Program-made: the position numbers and the translations under genes
In this document: in pieces, positions 54,252 through 64,000 of the stretch
How the letters are laid out: each line of letters starts with the position of its first letter
Position numbering within the stretch: position 1 is the stretch's first letter
IMG/VR virus record: IMGVR_UViG_3300042892_001069
Direction: 5' to 3' (one strand)
Length of the DNA: 64,000 bases
Source: a virus
Lineage: Duplodnaviria > Heunggongvirae > Uroviricota > Caudoviricetes
Notes under the pieces: generated by a model
Databases searched by the model: none
Told to the model about the DNA's origin: nothing
The model's input: the letters and a program-made list of their open reading frames with translations, nothing else

Positions 54252-57200
54252 ATGAGTTCAACCGATAGACAAAATAGGTTATTAGTAGCTGAGGACTGGA
54301 AGAAAGTCTACCAGAGTTTCAGAAACGCAGATTTTCAGAGTTACGATTTTGAAAACTTGCGCAGGACTATGATTGATTACATTCGTCAGAATTATCCCGA
54401 AGACTACAACGATTATATTGAATCCAGCGAATATCTTGCCCTAATTGATCTTATTGCTTTTATGGGCCAAAGCATTGCTTTCCGTGTGGACTTAAATGCC
54501 CGTGAAAACTTCTTAGAGCTAGCAGAACGTCGTGAAAGCGTTCTACGTTTAGCACGTATGTTAAGTTATAATGCTAAACGAAATGTAGCATCGTCCGGAT
54601 TACTAAAAGTTGCCTCAATACAAACAACACAAAACGTTATTGATAGTAACGGCAGAAATTTATCAGGGCAAGTTGTTGCCTGGAACGATGCGTCTAACGA
54701 TAATTGGTATGATCAGTTCATTAAGATAATGAACGCTGCAATGCCTAGTACTCAGCAATTTGGTAGTCCGTCTGATAAAGCAGACGTATACGGTATTCCA
54801 ACAGAACAATATAGATTTAACGCATCTAATAACGACGTACCGGTATACGCATTTTCTAAGTCTGTTGGCGGCCGTAACATGAATTTTGAAATAACAAGCA
54901 CAACGTTTGCTGGACAGAATTCTATATATGAAGAGCCACCTTCAGTTGGCAACAGAATGGCATGCGTATATCGAGATGACGGCCGCGGGCCAAGTAGTAG
55001 AGGATCAGGTTTCTTTTTTAATTTTACTCAAGGCTCATTAAATCAAGGGGCATTTACAATTAGCCAACCTAGTTCAACAGAGTCAGTTGATATCGATTCT
55101 ACAAATATTAATAACAATGATGTATGGTTGTATAAGCTAGATCAATCGGGCCTTGAGACTGAAAAATGGTCAAAAGTGTCTAGTTTTGAAGGCAACAACA
55201 TTATCTATAATAGTCTTAATAAAAACATCAGGAACATTTACGGAGTAGTTACTAGAGCTGGCGACGCTATTAGCTTAACATTTAGTGATGGCACATTTGG
55301 CAATCTTCCGTTAGGCACTTTTAGAGTGTACTATAGAATTAGTAACGGCCTTGCTTATACCATTAACACACAAGATATTCGTAGCGTAACTATTAACATT
55401 CCTTATTTTTCTAGTTCTAATCAACAAGAATCGTTAACAATATCATTAAGTTTAGCTACATCGGTATCTAATGCCGACATTTCAGAAACTAACGACAGCA
55501 TTAAAGCTAATGCTCCGCAAACATACTATACACAAAATAGAATGATTACTGGAGAAGATTACAACATTAGTCCGTTGTCAGCTAGTACACAAGTAGCAAA
55601 AGTAAAAGCAGTTAACAGGACAAGTAGTGGTATTAGTAGATATTTTGATCTAGTAGATCCTACTGGAAAATATAGTTCTACTAATTTGTTTGCCACTGAC
55701 GGCGTAATTTATAAAGAAGAATACAAGTCTCAAACAAGATTTAGTTACGCAAACAAAACAGATATTGAAGGCGTAATTTACAATAATGTTTTTGATATTT
55801 TAACTAGAAAAAATTTACGTAATTTTTATTATTCAAATTTTAATAATTTTATTACATCTAGTCTTAATATTTCTTGGTTCAATCGAACTTCTGACACAGG
55901 CATGTCGTCCGGGTACATTGGAGCAAGCGATGGTACTCCCTATAAGGTAGGTTCGTACACTAGTACTGATTTAAAATATTTTACAGTTGGCTCTTTAATT
56001 AAATTTATACCATCAGCTGGATACTATTTTGATACTACTAATAACAATGCGCTAGTTCAAATAACAACCCCAGCGGCCCCCGGCACTAGTTCATACATCT
56101 GGGCAGAAGTTGTGTCAGTAGTTGACGACGGCACAGCAGTAGGCACTGGCACACTATCAACGGGATTTGGTCCGTTAATGTTGAATCGAGTAATACCATC
56201 GGACTCAACAATGACACAAATTCTTCCAAAGTGGAGAACAGTAATAGACAGTACAGTTATTACTACCATGATTGAATTAATCTTTGCTAATAAACCGTTT
56301 GGATTACGTTATAGTAGTGTTACACAAACATGGCAAATTGTTTTTGAATCAAACCTTGATATAGTTTCACAATTTAGTCTTGGTAAACAAGGTGATCTAT
56401 CTAACAAACAACAAGATGCTAGCTGGTTGTTATTGTTTACCACTGACAACGAGTTCTATACAATAACCAGTCGAGAAGAACAGTATATCTTTGAAAGTAA
56501 CCAGCAAATTAGATTCTATTTTGACAGCGGCACTAAAATTTATGATAGCAGAACTAATTCTGTAGTTAAAGATACTATTAATATTTTAAGTATCAATACT
56601 CGTCCTGACGTTACAATACCTTTCACTCGTGATCAGGTATGGGATGTTGTTTCTGAATTTATTGGTCTAGACGGATATGTTGATACTAAAAAATTAATAG
56701 TAGCATTTGCTGATTCTGATGATAACAGTGTAGTAGACGATCCTGAATTGTTTATTAACATTGTTGCCCCAACTACTAGTCCAACTACAAAATACATTTT
56801 ACAAGAAAAATATTTAATTAGTCAAGGGCAAGAAGATTATAGATATGTATCAAACGATGATAATAAAGTATTAGTGTTGCCAACAGATCCAAACGCATAT
56901 GGATCATACGTTGATGGACAATATTTTTACTTTATTGATACCGGAGTAGTTAAAAAATTAAGTTTAACAACTGGTAAATTAACAGCTAGTTTAGATTATA
57001 AAGTATTTGTTGGCCGAGACAATTTAAAATTCCAATATACTCATAGTGCTGATTATGAATCAAGAGTTGATCCAGGATCAAGTAACGTTATGGATGTATT
57101 TGTGTTAACTAAAGGGTATGACACTACATTTAGACAATGGTTAAACGGTGCTAACATGATTAAACCGCTAGCACCTAGCTCAGACGAACTATACAATACA

Positions 57201-57710
57201 GTTGCGCCATCGCTAAATCTAATTAAATCTATTAGTGATGAAATTATATATCATCCAGTAAGTTATAAAATTTTATTTGGAACAACTGCTGATGAAGATG
57301 TTCAAGCTAGTTTTAAAATTGTAAAAAATATTGGGCAGGTATTAACTGATAATGATGTTAAAGCTCGAGTAATTACTGCTATGAATCAATTTTTTGCTTT
57401 AGAAAATTGGGAGTTTGGTGATACATTTTATTTTACAGAGCTAGCAACATATATAGTAAATCAACTAGCACCTGATATTTCTAATTTTGTAATTGTGCCT
57501 AGACAGTCTGGTTTAAACTTTGGTAGTTTGTTTGAAATTAAATCAGCAACAGACCAAATTTTTATTAATGGCGCAACAGTTAACGACATTGAAATTATTT
57601 CTGGAATTACGTCAAGTACAATTAAATCAGTAAGTGGCACAACAGTGGCATCAACAACGACATCTCAACAGACAATTACAAGCTCAACATACGGATCAAC
57701 AAATGGCTGA
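54252..57710 (+). CDS. gp6: Baseplate wedge protein (gp6-like)
   Basis: YDFE.LR..MIDY, ENFL..A.RRESV.RLA..L.Y, FSDG.FG..P, IK.NAP..Y..QNR.IT.EDY. Confidence 0.88.
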   Translation: MSSTDRQNRLLVAEDWKKVYQSFRNADFQSYDFENLRRTMIDYIRQNYPEDYNDYIESSEYLALIDLIAFMGQSIAFRVDLNARENFLELAERRESVLRLARMLSYNAKRNVASSGLLKVASIQTTQNVIDSNGRNLSGQVVAWNDASNDNWYDQFIKIMNAAMPSTQQFGSPSDKADVYGIPTEQYRFNASNNDVPVYAFSKSVGGRNMNFEITSTTFAGQNSIYEEPPSVGNRMACVYRDDGRGPSSRGSGFFFNFTQGSLNQGAFTISQPSSTESVDIDSTNINNNDVWLYKLDQSGLETEKWSKVSSFEGNNIIYNSLNKNIRNIYGVVTRAGDAISLTFSDGTFGNLPLGTFRVYYRISNGLAYTINTQDIRSVTINIPYFSSSNQQESLTISLSLATSVSNADISETNDSIKANAPQTYYTQNRMITGEDYNISPLSASTQVAKVKAVNRTSSGISRYFDLVDPTGKYSSTNLFATDGVIYKEEYKSQTRFSYANKTDIEGVIYNNVFDILTRKNLRNFYYSNFNNFITSSLNISWFNRTSDTGMSSGYIGASDGTPYKVGSYTSTDLKYFTVGSLIKFIPSAGYYFDTTNNNALVQITTPAAPGTSSYIWAEVVSVVDDGTAVGTGTLSTGFGPLMLNRVIPSDSTMTQILPKWRTVIDSTVITTMIELIFANKPFGLRYSSVTQTWQIVFESNLDIVSQFSLGKQGDLSNKQQDASWLLLFTTDNEFYTITSREEQYIFESNQQIRFYFDSGTKIYDSRTNSVVKDTINILSINTRPDVTIPFTRDQVWDVVSEFIGLDGYVDTKKLIVAFADSDDNSVVDDPELFINIVAPTTSPTTKYILQEKYLISQGQEDYRYVSNDDNKVLVLPTDPNAYGSYVDGQYFYFIDTGVVKKLSLTTGKLTASLDYKVFVGRDNLKFQYTHSADYESRVDPGSSNVMDVFVLTKGYDTTFRQWLNGANMIKPLAPSSDELYNTVAPSLNLIKSISDEIIYHPVSYKILFGTTADEDVQASFKIVKNIGQVLTDNDVKARVITAMNQFFALENWEFGDTFYFTELATYIVNQLAPDISNFVIVPRQSGLNFGSLFEIKSATDQIFINGATVNDIEIISGITSSTIKSVSGTTVASTTTSQQTITSSTYGSTNG

Positions 57711-60700
57711 TAGCATTAATCCAAACAAAAATAAAGTTTCTAGTTTCCTTCCAAGATTTTATAGATCCGATTCAAACAAGAAATTTACACAGGCCACTCT
57801 TGACCAGCTAGTACAACCTGGTACGGTTGATAAACTCAATGGATTTGTTGGAAGACAAAATGCTAAAGCTAGCACGGGTAAAGATATCTTTATTAAAGAG
57901 ATTAGCGACCAGCGACAAAATTATCAACTAGAACCCGGAATGGTAATTAAAGATAATTTAGATAATGTAACATTTTTTAAAGATTATATTGACTACATTA
58001 ATCAAATTGATGTGTTTGGCGGCAACGTTAAAAATCATGCTCGCCTAAATAAACAAGAATTTTATTCATGGGATCCTCATCTCGAATGGGATAAGTTTGT
58101 AAATTTTCAAAATTACTATTGGCTCCCTTACGGCCCTGACGTCATTGCTATTGCCGGGCAACAACAAAAGATTGAAAGTACGTATACTGTCACAGTAGAA
58201 TCAACCGGTGATAGTTTTCAATACGTGTTTACTCCTGACGGATTAACTCGTAATCCAACAATCAAATTGTTTAAAGGGCAAACTTATAAATTTGAAATTA
58301 ATAGTCTAGGAAACCCTTTTAGTATTAAAACTGTTAGATCCCCCGGTACATTAGACAGATATAACACATACGGACTAGATGGCGTAGCTGTTGAAAACGG
58401 AACAATTACCTTTACTGTGCCTACAGATGCGCCAGACGTTCTATATTATGTTAGTGAATCAGATATTGACCTTGGCGGAGTTTTTCAAATATTTTCAATT
58501 ACTGAAAATACAAAAATTGATGTTGAAGCAGAAATTATTGGCAAAAAGAACTACACATTAACTGACGGTACTGCTCTTAGTAACGGCATGAAAGTAAAGT
58601 TTATAGGCGGGGTTACTCCAGAGTCATACGCATCTGACGAATACTATGTTGAAGGTGTAGGCACGGCCATTATTTTAATCAAACAATCTGAGTTAGCACT
58701 AATCAGCACATATACACAATCTGAATCAATCTTATTTGATTCAACTCCTTTTGATAATATGCCGTTTAGTGATGCTACGGCCTTTGCCGGAACACCTGAT
58801 TATATTGTTATTAACAGAGCAAGTCTTGATAAAAACCCGTGGAGTCGATATAATCGCTGGTTCCATAAAGATGTAGTTAATACTAGTGCAGCATTTAATA
58901 ATAAAATACCGTCACTTGACCAAACGGCACGAGCAACCCGGCCAATTATTGAATTTGAAGCAGGCATAAAATTATTTAATTTTGGACTACAGACAATTGC
59001 CGACATTGATTTAATTGATACATACACCCCTGACGTATTTTCTACAATTGAAGGATCGTTTGGGTACAACGTTGATGGAGTGCCGTTAGTACAAGGTCAG
59101 CGAGTGTTGTTTACTGCTGACATTGATAGTTATGTAAAAAATAAAATTTATAGAGTAGAGTTTCTTGACGTATTACATCTTAATACCGGGAGTCGTCAAT
59201 TACACCTTGTGTTAGAAACTGAACCTACGCTAAATGACGTTGTGCTAGTTAAACAAGGCACATTAAATGTTGGAAAGTCTTATTGGTTCAATGGTACTAC
59301 ATGGGAAGTAGGCCAGCAAAAAACCGTGCTGAATCAACCGCCCCTATTTGATATTGTTGATGACACCGGAGTTAGTTACGGAGATACTACTGCGTATGAA
59401 GGGTCTACTTTTATTGGCACAAAGTTATTTTCTTATAAAATTGGCAGTGGAGCAGTAGACAATAAGTTAGGATTTGCGTTAACTTATAAAAATATTAGTA
59501 ATATTGGCGACATTGTTTTCAATTTTAATATTTTAACAGATACTTTTAGATACAAAAATCTAGCAGATGTGATTGATAAAAATATCAATGTTGGCTATCT
59601 TACTAAATTTTCTACAGAAACAGCAACCATAAGCTATGCTAACGGATGGAAAACAGCATTAGTAACTAACACTCAAGCCGCTGTTAGAATTTATAAAAAT
59701 TCAAATTTAACAAATAACTTTGAAATTGATATCTTTGATAATAAAGATGAGTTGGCAGATTTAGTAGTTCGGTTATATGTTAACGGGCGCCGCCTTGATA
59801 AATCTTTATGGTCAGTTATAACTGGACCTGTTTACAAAAAAGTAATATTAGCCACTGATATTACAGTTGATGATGTGTTGACAATTAGAGCATTTGCCGA
59901 GCAACCAATCAACTCTAAGGGTTATTACGAAATACCTATTAATCTACAAAACAATCCTTTAAATAATAATCTTTCGGACTTTACATTAGGCGAAGTTATT
60001 GATCACGTAAATTCCATAGTTGACAATATTGATACATTTGAAGGACAATATCCAGGCGCCGGCAATCTTAGAGACTTAGGCGATGTAACTCCGTACGGTA
60101 CTAAATTTGTACAACATAGCGGCCCAATGGGATTGTCGTTGTATCATATTACCAATCAAGAAAACAATATCATTCGTGCTATTGAAACTGCTAAGAACGA
60201 TTATAATAAGTTTAAAAGAAATTTTATATCAATCATTGATACACTTGAAGTATATTCAACTGATGTAGTGGCACAAGTTAATTTAATTTTACAAGCAATT
60301 AACAAAGATAAACCAACTAATGTTTCGTATTATTTTAGTGACATGTTTGGGTATGGCGCCAATCAATATAACGAATATACTGTAATTGACTATAGGATAA
60401 AATCATACCCGTTAACATCTACCTTTAGTTTGGGAGTACTGTCAAACCAAGCAGTTTATGTTTATTTAAACGGTGTACAACTGATCCATTCAAAAGATTA
60501 TACATTTGATAGTCAAGGGTTTGTTGTTATCAGAGCAACGCTAAACAATGATGATCTTATTGCTATAGTTGAGTATGAAAATACTGATGGCTGTTTTGTA
60601 CCACTAACACCAACTAAATTAGGTATCTGGCCTAAGTACGAACCTAAAATTTATCTTGATACAAGTTTAGTCACTCCAAGGACTATGATACAGGGGCACG

Positions 60701-63700
60701 ATGGTAGCCAAGTACTAGCCTACGGTGATTATCGAGATGACCTAATTCTAGAATTAGAAAAAAGAATTTATAATAATATTAAAGTTGAATATGATGCTAG
60801 TATATTTGACATTAACGATTTCCTTCCAAGTTATGTTAGACCTACTGATTATAATTTAACAGAATTTAATGAAGTGCTGTCAACACAATTTTATAAATGG
60901 ACTAGATTAATTGATAGAGATTTTTCTAAACCGTTAAGTTTTGATAGAACCAACAGTCTTACATATAACTATCAAGGACACTCTGCGATTGACGGCAGAC
61001 CGGTGCCGGGGTATTGGAGAGGTATATATCGCTGGATGTTAGACACTGACAGACCTAATTTATGCCCATGGGAAATGTTAGGATTTAGTGAAGCACCTGT
61101 CTGGTGGGAAACTGTGTACGGCCCAGCCCCGTATACTAGAGACAACTTAGTGCTTTGGCAAGACCTAGGATTAGGACTGGTTAAGGAACCAGGAAAACCA
61201 GTTGTACGTTTGGCCAAATATGTTAGACCCTTTTTAGCTAATTCTATTCCTGTTGATGAGAACGGAGAAATTTTAGGACCAATCTTTTCAAATTTAGTTA
61301 TTGGACCAAACAATGTATCAGTTAGCAACGATTTTGTATTTGGTGATGTCAGCCCAATTGAGGCAGCATGGCGTCGAGGAAGTTATTATCCATTTAGCTT
61401 TTTAATAACAGCAATGTTGACTGCTCCGGCAAAAACATTTGGTGTATTATTAGACCGTTCAAGAGTTATTAGAAATTTAACAGGACAGCTAGTATATAAA
61501 GACACTGGATTGAGAATTCGTCCTCAAGACGTTGTGTTACCTAGTATATATTCAAGTACTACTAGGGTTCAAACTGCCGGCGTAATTAATTACATTGTTG
61601 ATTATGTCCTTAGCGATAATTTAAAATCTTATACTACGTATTCATATAATTTAAAACAGCTTAATATGCAACTAAGTTATCGACTAGGTGCGTTTACCAG
61701 TAAAGAAAAATTTAATTTATTATTAGACAGTAAAACTCCTTCTAGTTCAGGCAGTGTATTTGTTCCACAAGAAGATTACAATATTATTTTAAATGTTAGT
61801 TCTGCGGTTAAAAGAATTAGCTATAGCGGAGTAGTTGTTACAAAATTACAAGATGGGTTTGAAGTTAAAGGTTATAGTCAAGTACAACCGTATTTTAAAT
61901 ATTTTCCATATATAAAAAATGGGCCAACTATCAATGTTGGCGGTATCTCAGAAAGTTTTTCTTCTTGGACTGCCGGCGAACAATACGCTACTCATAAAGT
62001 TGTAAAATACAATAACCGTTACTATCGTGTAAAAGTTACGCATACATCAACAACCGTATTCAATGCTATCTATTTTGAATCATTAGGGGCGTTGCCAATC
62101 ATTGGCGGACAAGAAGCAATTTTTAGAACAGAATGGGATACTTCTGTAGAAATTACTGTTCCTTACGGGACAAAATTTAGAACCGTACAGGAAACAGTTG
62201 ATTTTATTATTGGCTATGGAGAATGGTTGAAATCTCAAGGGTTTATATTTGACGATTTTAATAATAATCTTTCGTTAATTACTAACTGGGAAACAAGTGC
62301 TAAAGAATTCTTGTTCTGGACAACTCAAAATTGGTCTAGCGGTCAAGAAAAATGGAAAGAATGGATACCGTATAATACTACTGAGTATCAAGAGATTATT
62401 CGATATAACGGTGATTATTATCAAGCTATTCGTAAATCAGTATCAGCTGATATTTTTATAGAAGCCGACTATGTTAAGTTAGATGGCCTAAGTACAGTTG
62501 GTAGTTCAGTTATATCTCTAAGTCCGTCAGCTGATAAGATAACATTTAGTGTGCCTTATACAGTGGTTGATGATATTAAAAATCCGTTTCATGAATATGA
62601 AATCTTTAAAGTAGACGGGTCGCCAATGCCGCCTCGCTTAATAAATTCTTATAGAGAGGATAACTCTGTAAGTTACGCCTCATCAACAACTGACGGCATT
62701 TTTGGAGCAACTTTTTTCTTAGTACAAAAAGAACAAGTAGTATTGCTTAATAACACTACAATGTTTAATGACACCGTTTATAATCCTGAAAGCGGATATA
62801 GACAAGAGCGAATCAAAGTATCAGGGTATGTAAGTACCAACTGGTACGGCGGGTTTGATGTTCCGGGATTTATTTTTGATCAAGCAAATATTCAACCGTG
62901 GGAGTCGTGGACTGATTATGCGCTAGGTGACATTGTCAAGCACAAAGAATTTTATTACAGCGCAAACTTGTTTACTCCTGGGACAGATATATTTGACCCA
63001 GCTAGTTGGATTAAATTAGATAACAAGCCAGCACCAAGACTAATTCCAAATTGGACATACAAAGCAAGCCAATTTGAAGACTTTTACAGTTTAGACAGTG
63101 ATAACTTTGATGTGGGACAACAAAAAGCCGCTCAGCATCTAATTGGTTATCAAAAGCGTCAATATCTTGAAAATATTATTAAAGATGATGTTAGTGAATT
63201 TAAATTTTATCAAGGTATGATTATTGAAAAAGGTACACAAAACGTATTAAACAAGTTGTTTGATGTGTTAAGTGCTGATGGTCAAGAAAGTATTGTATTT
63301 GATGAAGAATGGGCAGTTCGTGTTGGACAATACGGCGCAAGTGCTGCCTTTGAAAATATTGAATTTATTTTAGATGAGTCACTATTTAAAAATAATCCTC
63401 AGGGATTTGAATTAGTTAACAATGTTGAGTCAAGTACTCTTGATTTTATTGTGCGTCAAACTCCTAACGATGTGTATCTAAAACCATTGGGGTATAGTAA
63501 CAACCCATGGCCTGTTGTTAAAAAATATTCACCGTATTTAAGAACTCCTGGTTATGTTCGAGAAAACGAAGTGGCGGCAGTGTTACTAACAATTGACAAT
63601 ATTGTTACGCAAAATATTGATAATATTAATAATGGCAACTATATCTGGTGTGGATTTGAAGGTCGAGAATGGAACGTATATAAGTATGTTCCTTCAAACT

Positions 63701-64000
63701 TAACTATATTAAATGTAAGTTACGATGCTAACAATAACGAATTATCTTTAGAAACAGATGTTCTTGTAAAAATAACAGTAGGAGAATATGTTGGCATTGA
63801 GGGCGACAAAGATCTTGCTGGCACTGAACAAATTCTGTTTAAGGGGTTTTATAAAGTTAAGAGGGTTGAACTAAACGTATTAATATTAGAAGCATCGTTA
63901 ACATCTTCTCCGGTGGTTACACCTAACTTAATTATTCCTCTGTTTGTCCTACAATCACAGAGAGTTTCAAGCATAGATACTGCTGATGCTACAATAAAAA
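57703..64000 (+). CDS. Giant baseplate/structural protein, >2,090 aa, runs off the window (absent from the ORF track)
   Basis: ATG at 57703 overlaps the end of gp6 (MADSINPNKNKVSSFLPRFYRSDSNKKF...). The same frame is open at every point spot-checked, including the last line. Confidence 0.85.
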   Translation, partial: MADSINPNKNKVSSFLPRFYRSDSNKKFTQATLDQLVQPGTVDKLNGFVGRQNAKASTGKDIFIKEISDQRQNYQLEPGMVIKDNLDNVTFFKDYIDYINQIDVFGGNVKNHARLNKQEFYSWDPHLEWDKFVNFQNYYWLPYGPDVIAIAGQQQKIESTYTVTVESTGDSFQYVFTPDGLTRNPTIKLFKGQTYKFEINSLGNPFSIKTVRSPGTLDRYNTYGLDGVAVENGTITFTVPTDAPDVLYYVSESDIDLGGVFQIFSITENTKIDVEAEIIGKKNYTLTDGTALSNGMKVKFIGGVTPESYASDEYYVEGVGTAIILIKQSELALISTYTQSESILFDSTPFDNMPFSDATAFAGTPDYIVINRASLDKNPWSRYNRWFHKDVVNTSAAFNNKIPSLDQTARATRPIIEFEAGIKLFNFGLQTIADIDLIDTYTPDVFSTIEGSFGYNVDGVPLVQGQRVLFTADIDSYVKNKIYRVEFLDVLHLNTGSRQLHLVLETEPTLNDVVLVKQGTLNVGKSYWFNGTTWEVGQQKTVLNQPPLFDIVDDTGVSYGDTTAYEGSTFIGTKLFSYKIGSGAVDNKLGFALTYKNISNIGDIVFNFNILTDTFRYKNLADVIDKNINVGYLTKFSTETATISYANGWKTALVTNTQAAVRIYKNSNLTNNFEIDIFDNKDELADLVVRLYVNGRRLDKSLWSVITGPVYKKVILATDITVDDVLTIRAFAEQPINSKGYYEIPINLQNNPLNNNLSDFTLGEVIDHVNSIVDNIDTFEGQYPGAGNLRDLGDVTPYGTKFVQHSGPMGLSLYHITNQENNIIRAIETAKNDYNKFKRNFISIIDTLEVYSTDVVAQVNLILQAINKDKPTNVSYYFSDMFGYGANQYNEYTVIDYRIKSYPLTSTFSLGVLSNQAVYVYLNGVQLIHSKDYTFDSQGFVVIRATLNNDDLIAIVEYENTDGCFVPLTPTKLGIWPKYEPKIYLDTSLVTPRTMIQGHDGSQVLAYGDYRDDLILELEKRIYNNIKVEYDASIFDINDFLPSYVRPTDYNLTEFNEVLSTQFYKWTRLIDRDFSKPLSFDRTNSLTYNYQGHSAIDGRPVPGYWRGIYRWMLDTDRPNLCPWEMLGFSEAPVWWETVYGPAPYTRDNLVLWQDLGLGLVKEPGKPVVRLAKYVRPFLANSIPVDENGEILGPIFSNLVIGPNNVSVSNDFVFGDVSPIEAAWRRGSYYPFSFLITAMLTAPAKTFGVLLDRSRVIRNLTGQLVYKDTGLRIRPQDVVLPSIYSSTTRVQTAGVINYIVDYVLSDNLKSYTTYSYNLKQLNMQLSYRLGAFTSKEKFNLLLDSKTPSSSGSVFVPQEDYNIILNVSSAVKRISYSGVVVTKLQDGFEVKGYSQVQPYFKYFPYIKNGPTINVGGISESFSSWTAGEQYATHKVVKYNNRYYRVKVTHTSTTVFNAIYFESLGALPIIGGQEAIFRTEWDTSVEITVPYGTKFRTVQETVDFIIGYGEWLKSQGFIFDDFNNNLSLITNWETSAKEFLFWTTQNWSSGQEKWKEWIPYNTTEYQEIIRYNGDYYQAIRKSVSADIFIEADYVKLDGLSTVGSSVISLSPSADKITFSVPYTVVDDIKNPFHEYEIFKVDGSPMPPRLINSYREDNSVSYASSTTDGIFGATFFLVQKEQVVLLNNTTMFNDTVYNPESGYRQERIKVSGYVSTNWYGGFDVPGFIFDQANIQPWESWTDYALGDIVKHKEFYYSANLFTPGTDIFDPASWIKLDNKPAPRLIPNWTYKASQFEDFYSLDSDNFDVGQQKAAQHLIGYQKRQYLENIIKDDVSEFKFYQGMIIEKGTQNVLNKLFDVLSADGQESIVFDEEWAVRVGQYGASAAFENIEFILDESLFKNNPQGFELVNNVESSTLDFIVRQTPNDVYLKPLGYSNNPWPVVKKYSPYLRTPGYVRENEVAAVLLTIDNIVTQNIDNINNGNYIWCGFEGREWNVYKYVPSNLTILNVSYDANNNELSLETDVLVKITVGEYVGIEGDKDLAGTEQILFKGFYKVKRVELNVLILEASLTSSPVVTPNLIIPLFVLQSQRVSSIDTADATIK

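Noticed and set aside
1-64000. CRISPR array, diversity-generating retroelement, transposon or tRNA genes
   Set aside because: No repeat-spacer array, reverse transcriptase, adenine-variable repeat pair, transposase or cloverleaf was seen by eye; the only tandem repeats found are in-frame coding repeats.

Overview
A 64-kb, densely coding slice of a large T4-superfamily myophage genome in the standard genetic code; the lineage is probably a jumbo phage, but that is inferred rather than searched. Left to right it holds: the end of a carbamoyltransferase plus a flavin-dependent halogenase (+); about 31 kb of minus-strand fibre/appendage genes (three Cys-rich paralogues, two chaperone-like paralogues, two pairs of giant paralogous fibre proteins, three small paralogous adaptor-like genes); the head module (gp23, gp22, gp21, acidic core protein, gp20); a tape-measure candidate divergent from a gp26-like gene; a sigma70-driven gp55-gp47-gp46 operon; and a plus-strand baseplate operon ending in a >2,090-aa ORF that the ORF track missed. 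Late genes carry T4-like TAAATA promoters. The strongest leads are: (1) a ~470-nt, hairpin-dense non-coding segment directly behind a minimal GIY-YIG nuclease gene (candidate large ncRNA/RNP, or an origin); (2) an unannotated -1 frameshift (T TTT TTC) extending the gp26-like protein, as in lambda G/GT; (3) phycobiliprotein-like CxRD repeats in the 3011-aa protein; (4) nested domain insertions and a modular Cys-rich tip system next to modifying enzymes; (5) two structured late 5' leaders. All calls come from reading motifs by eye; no searches or folding programs were run.
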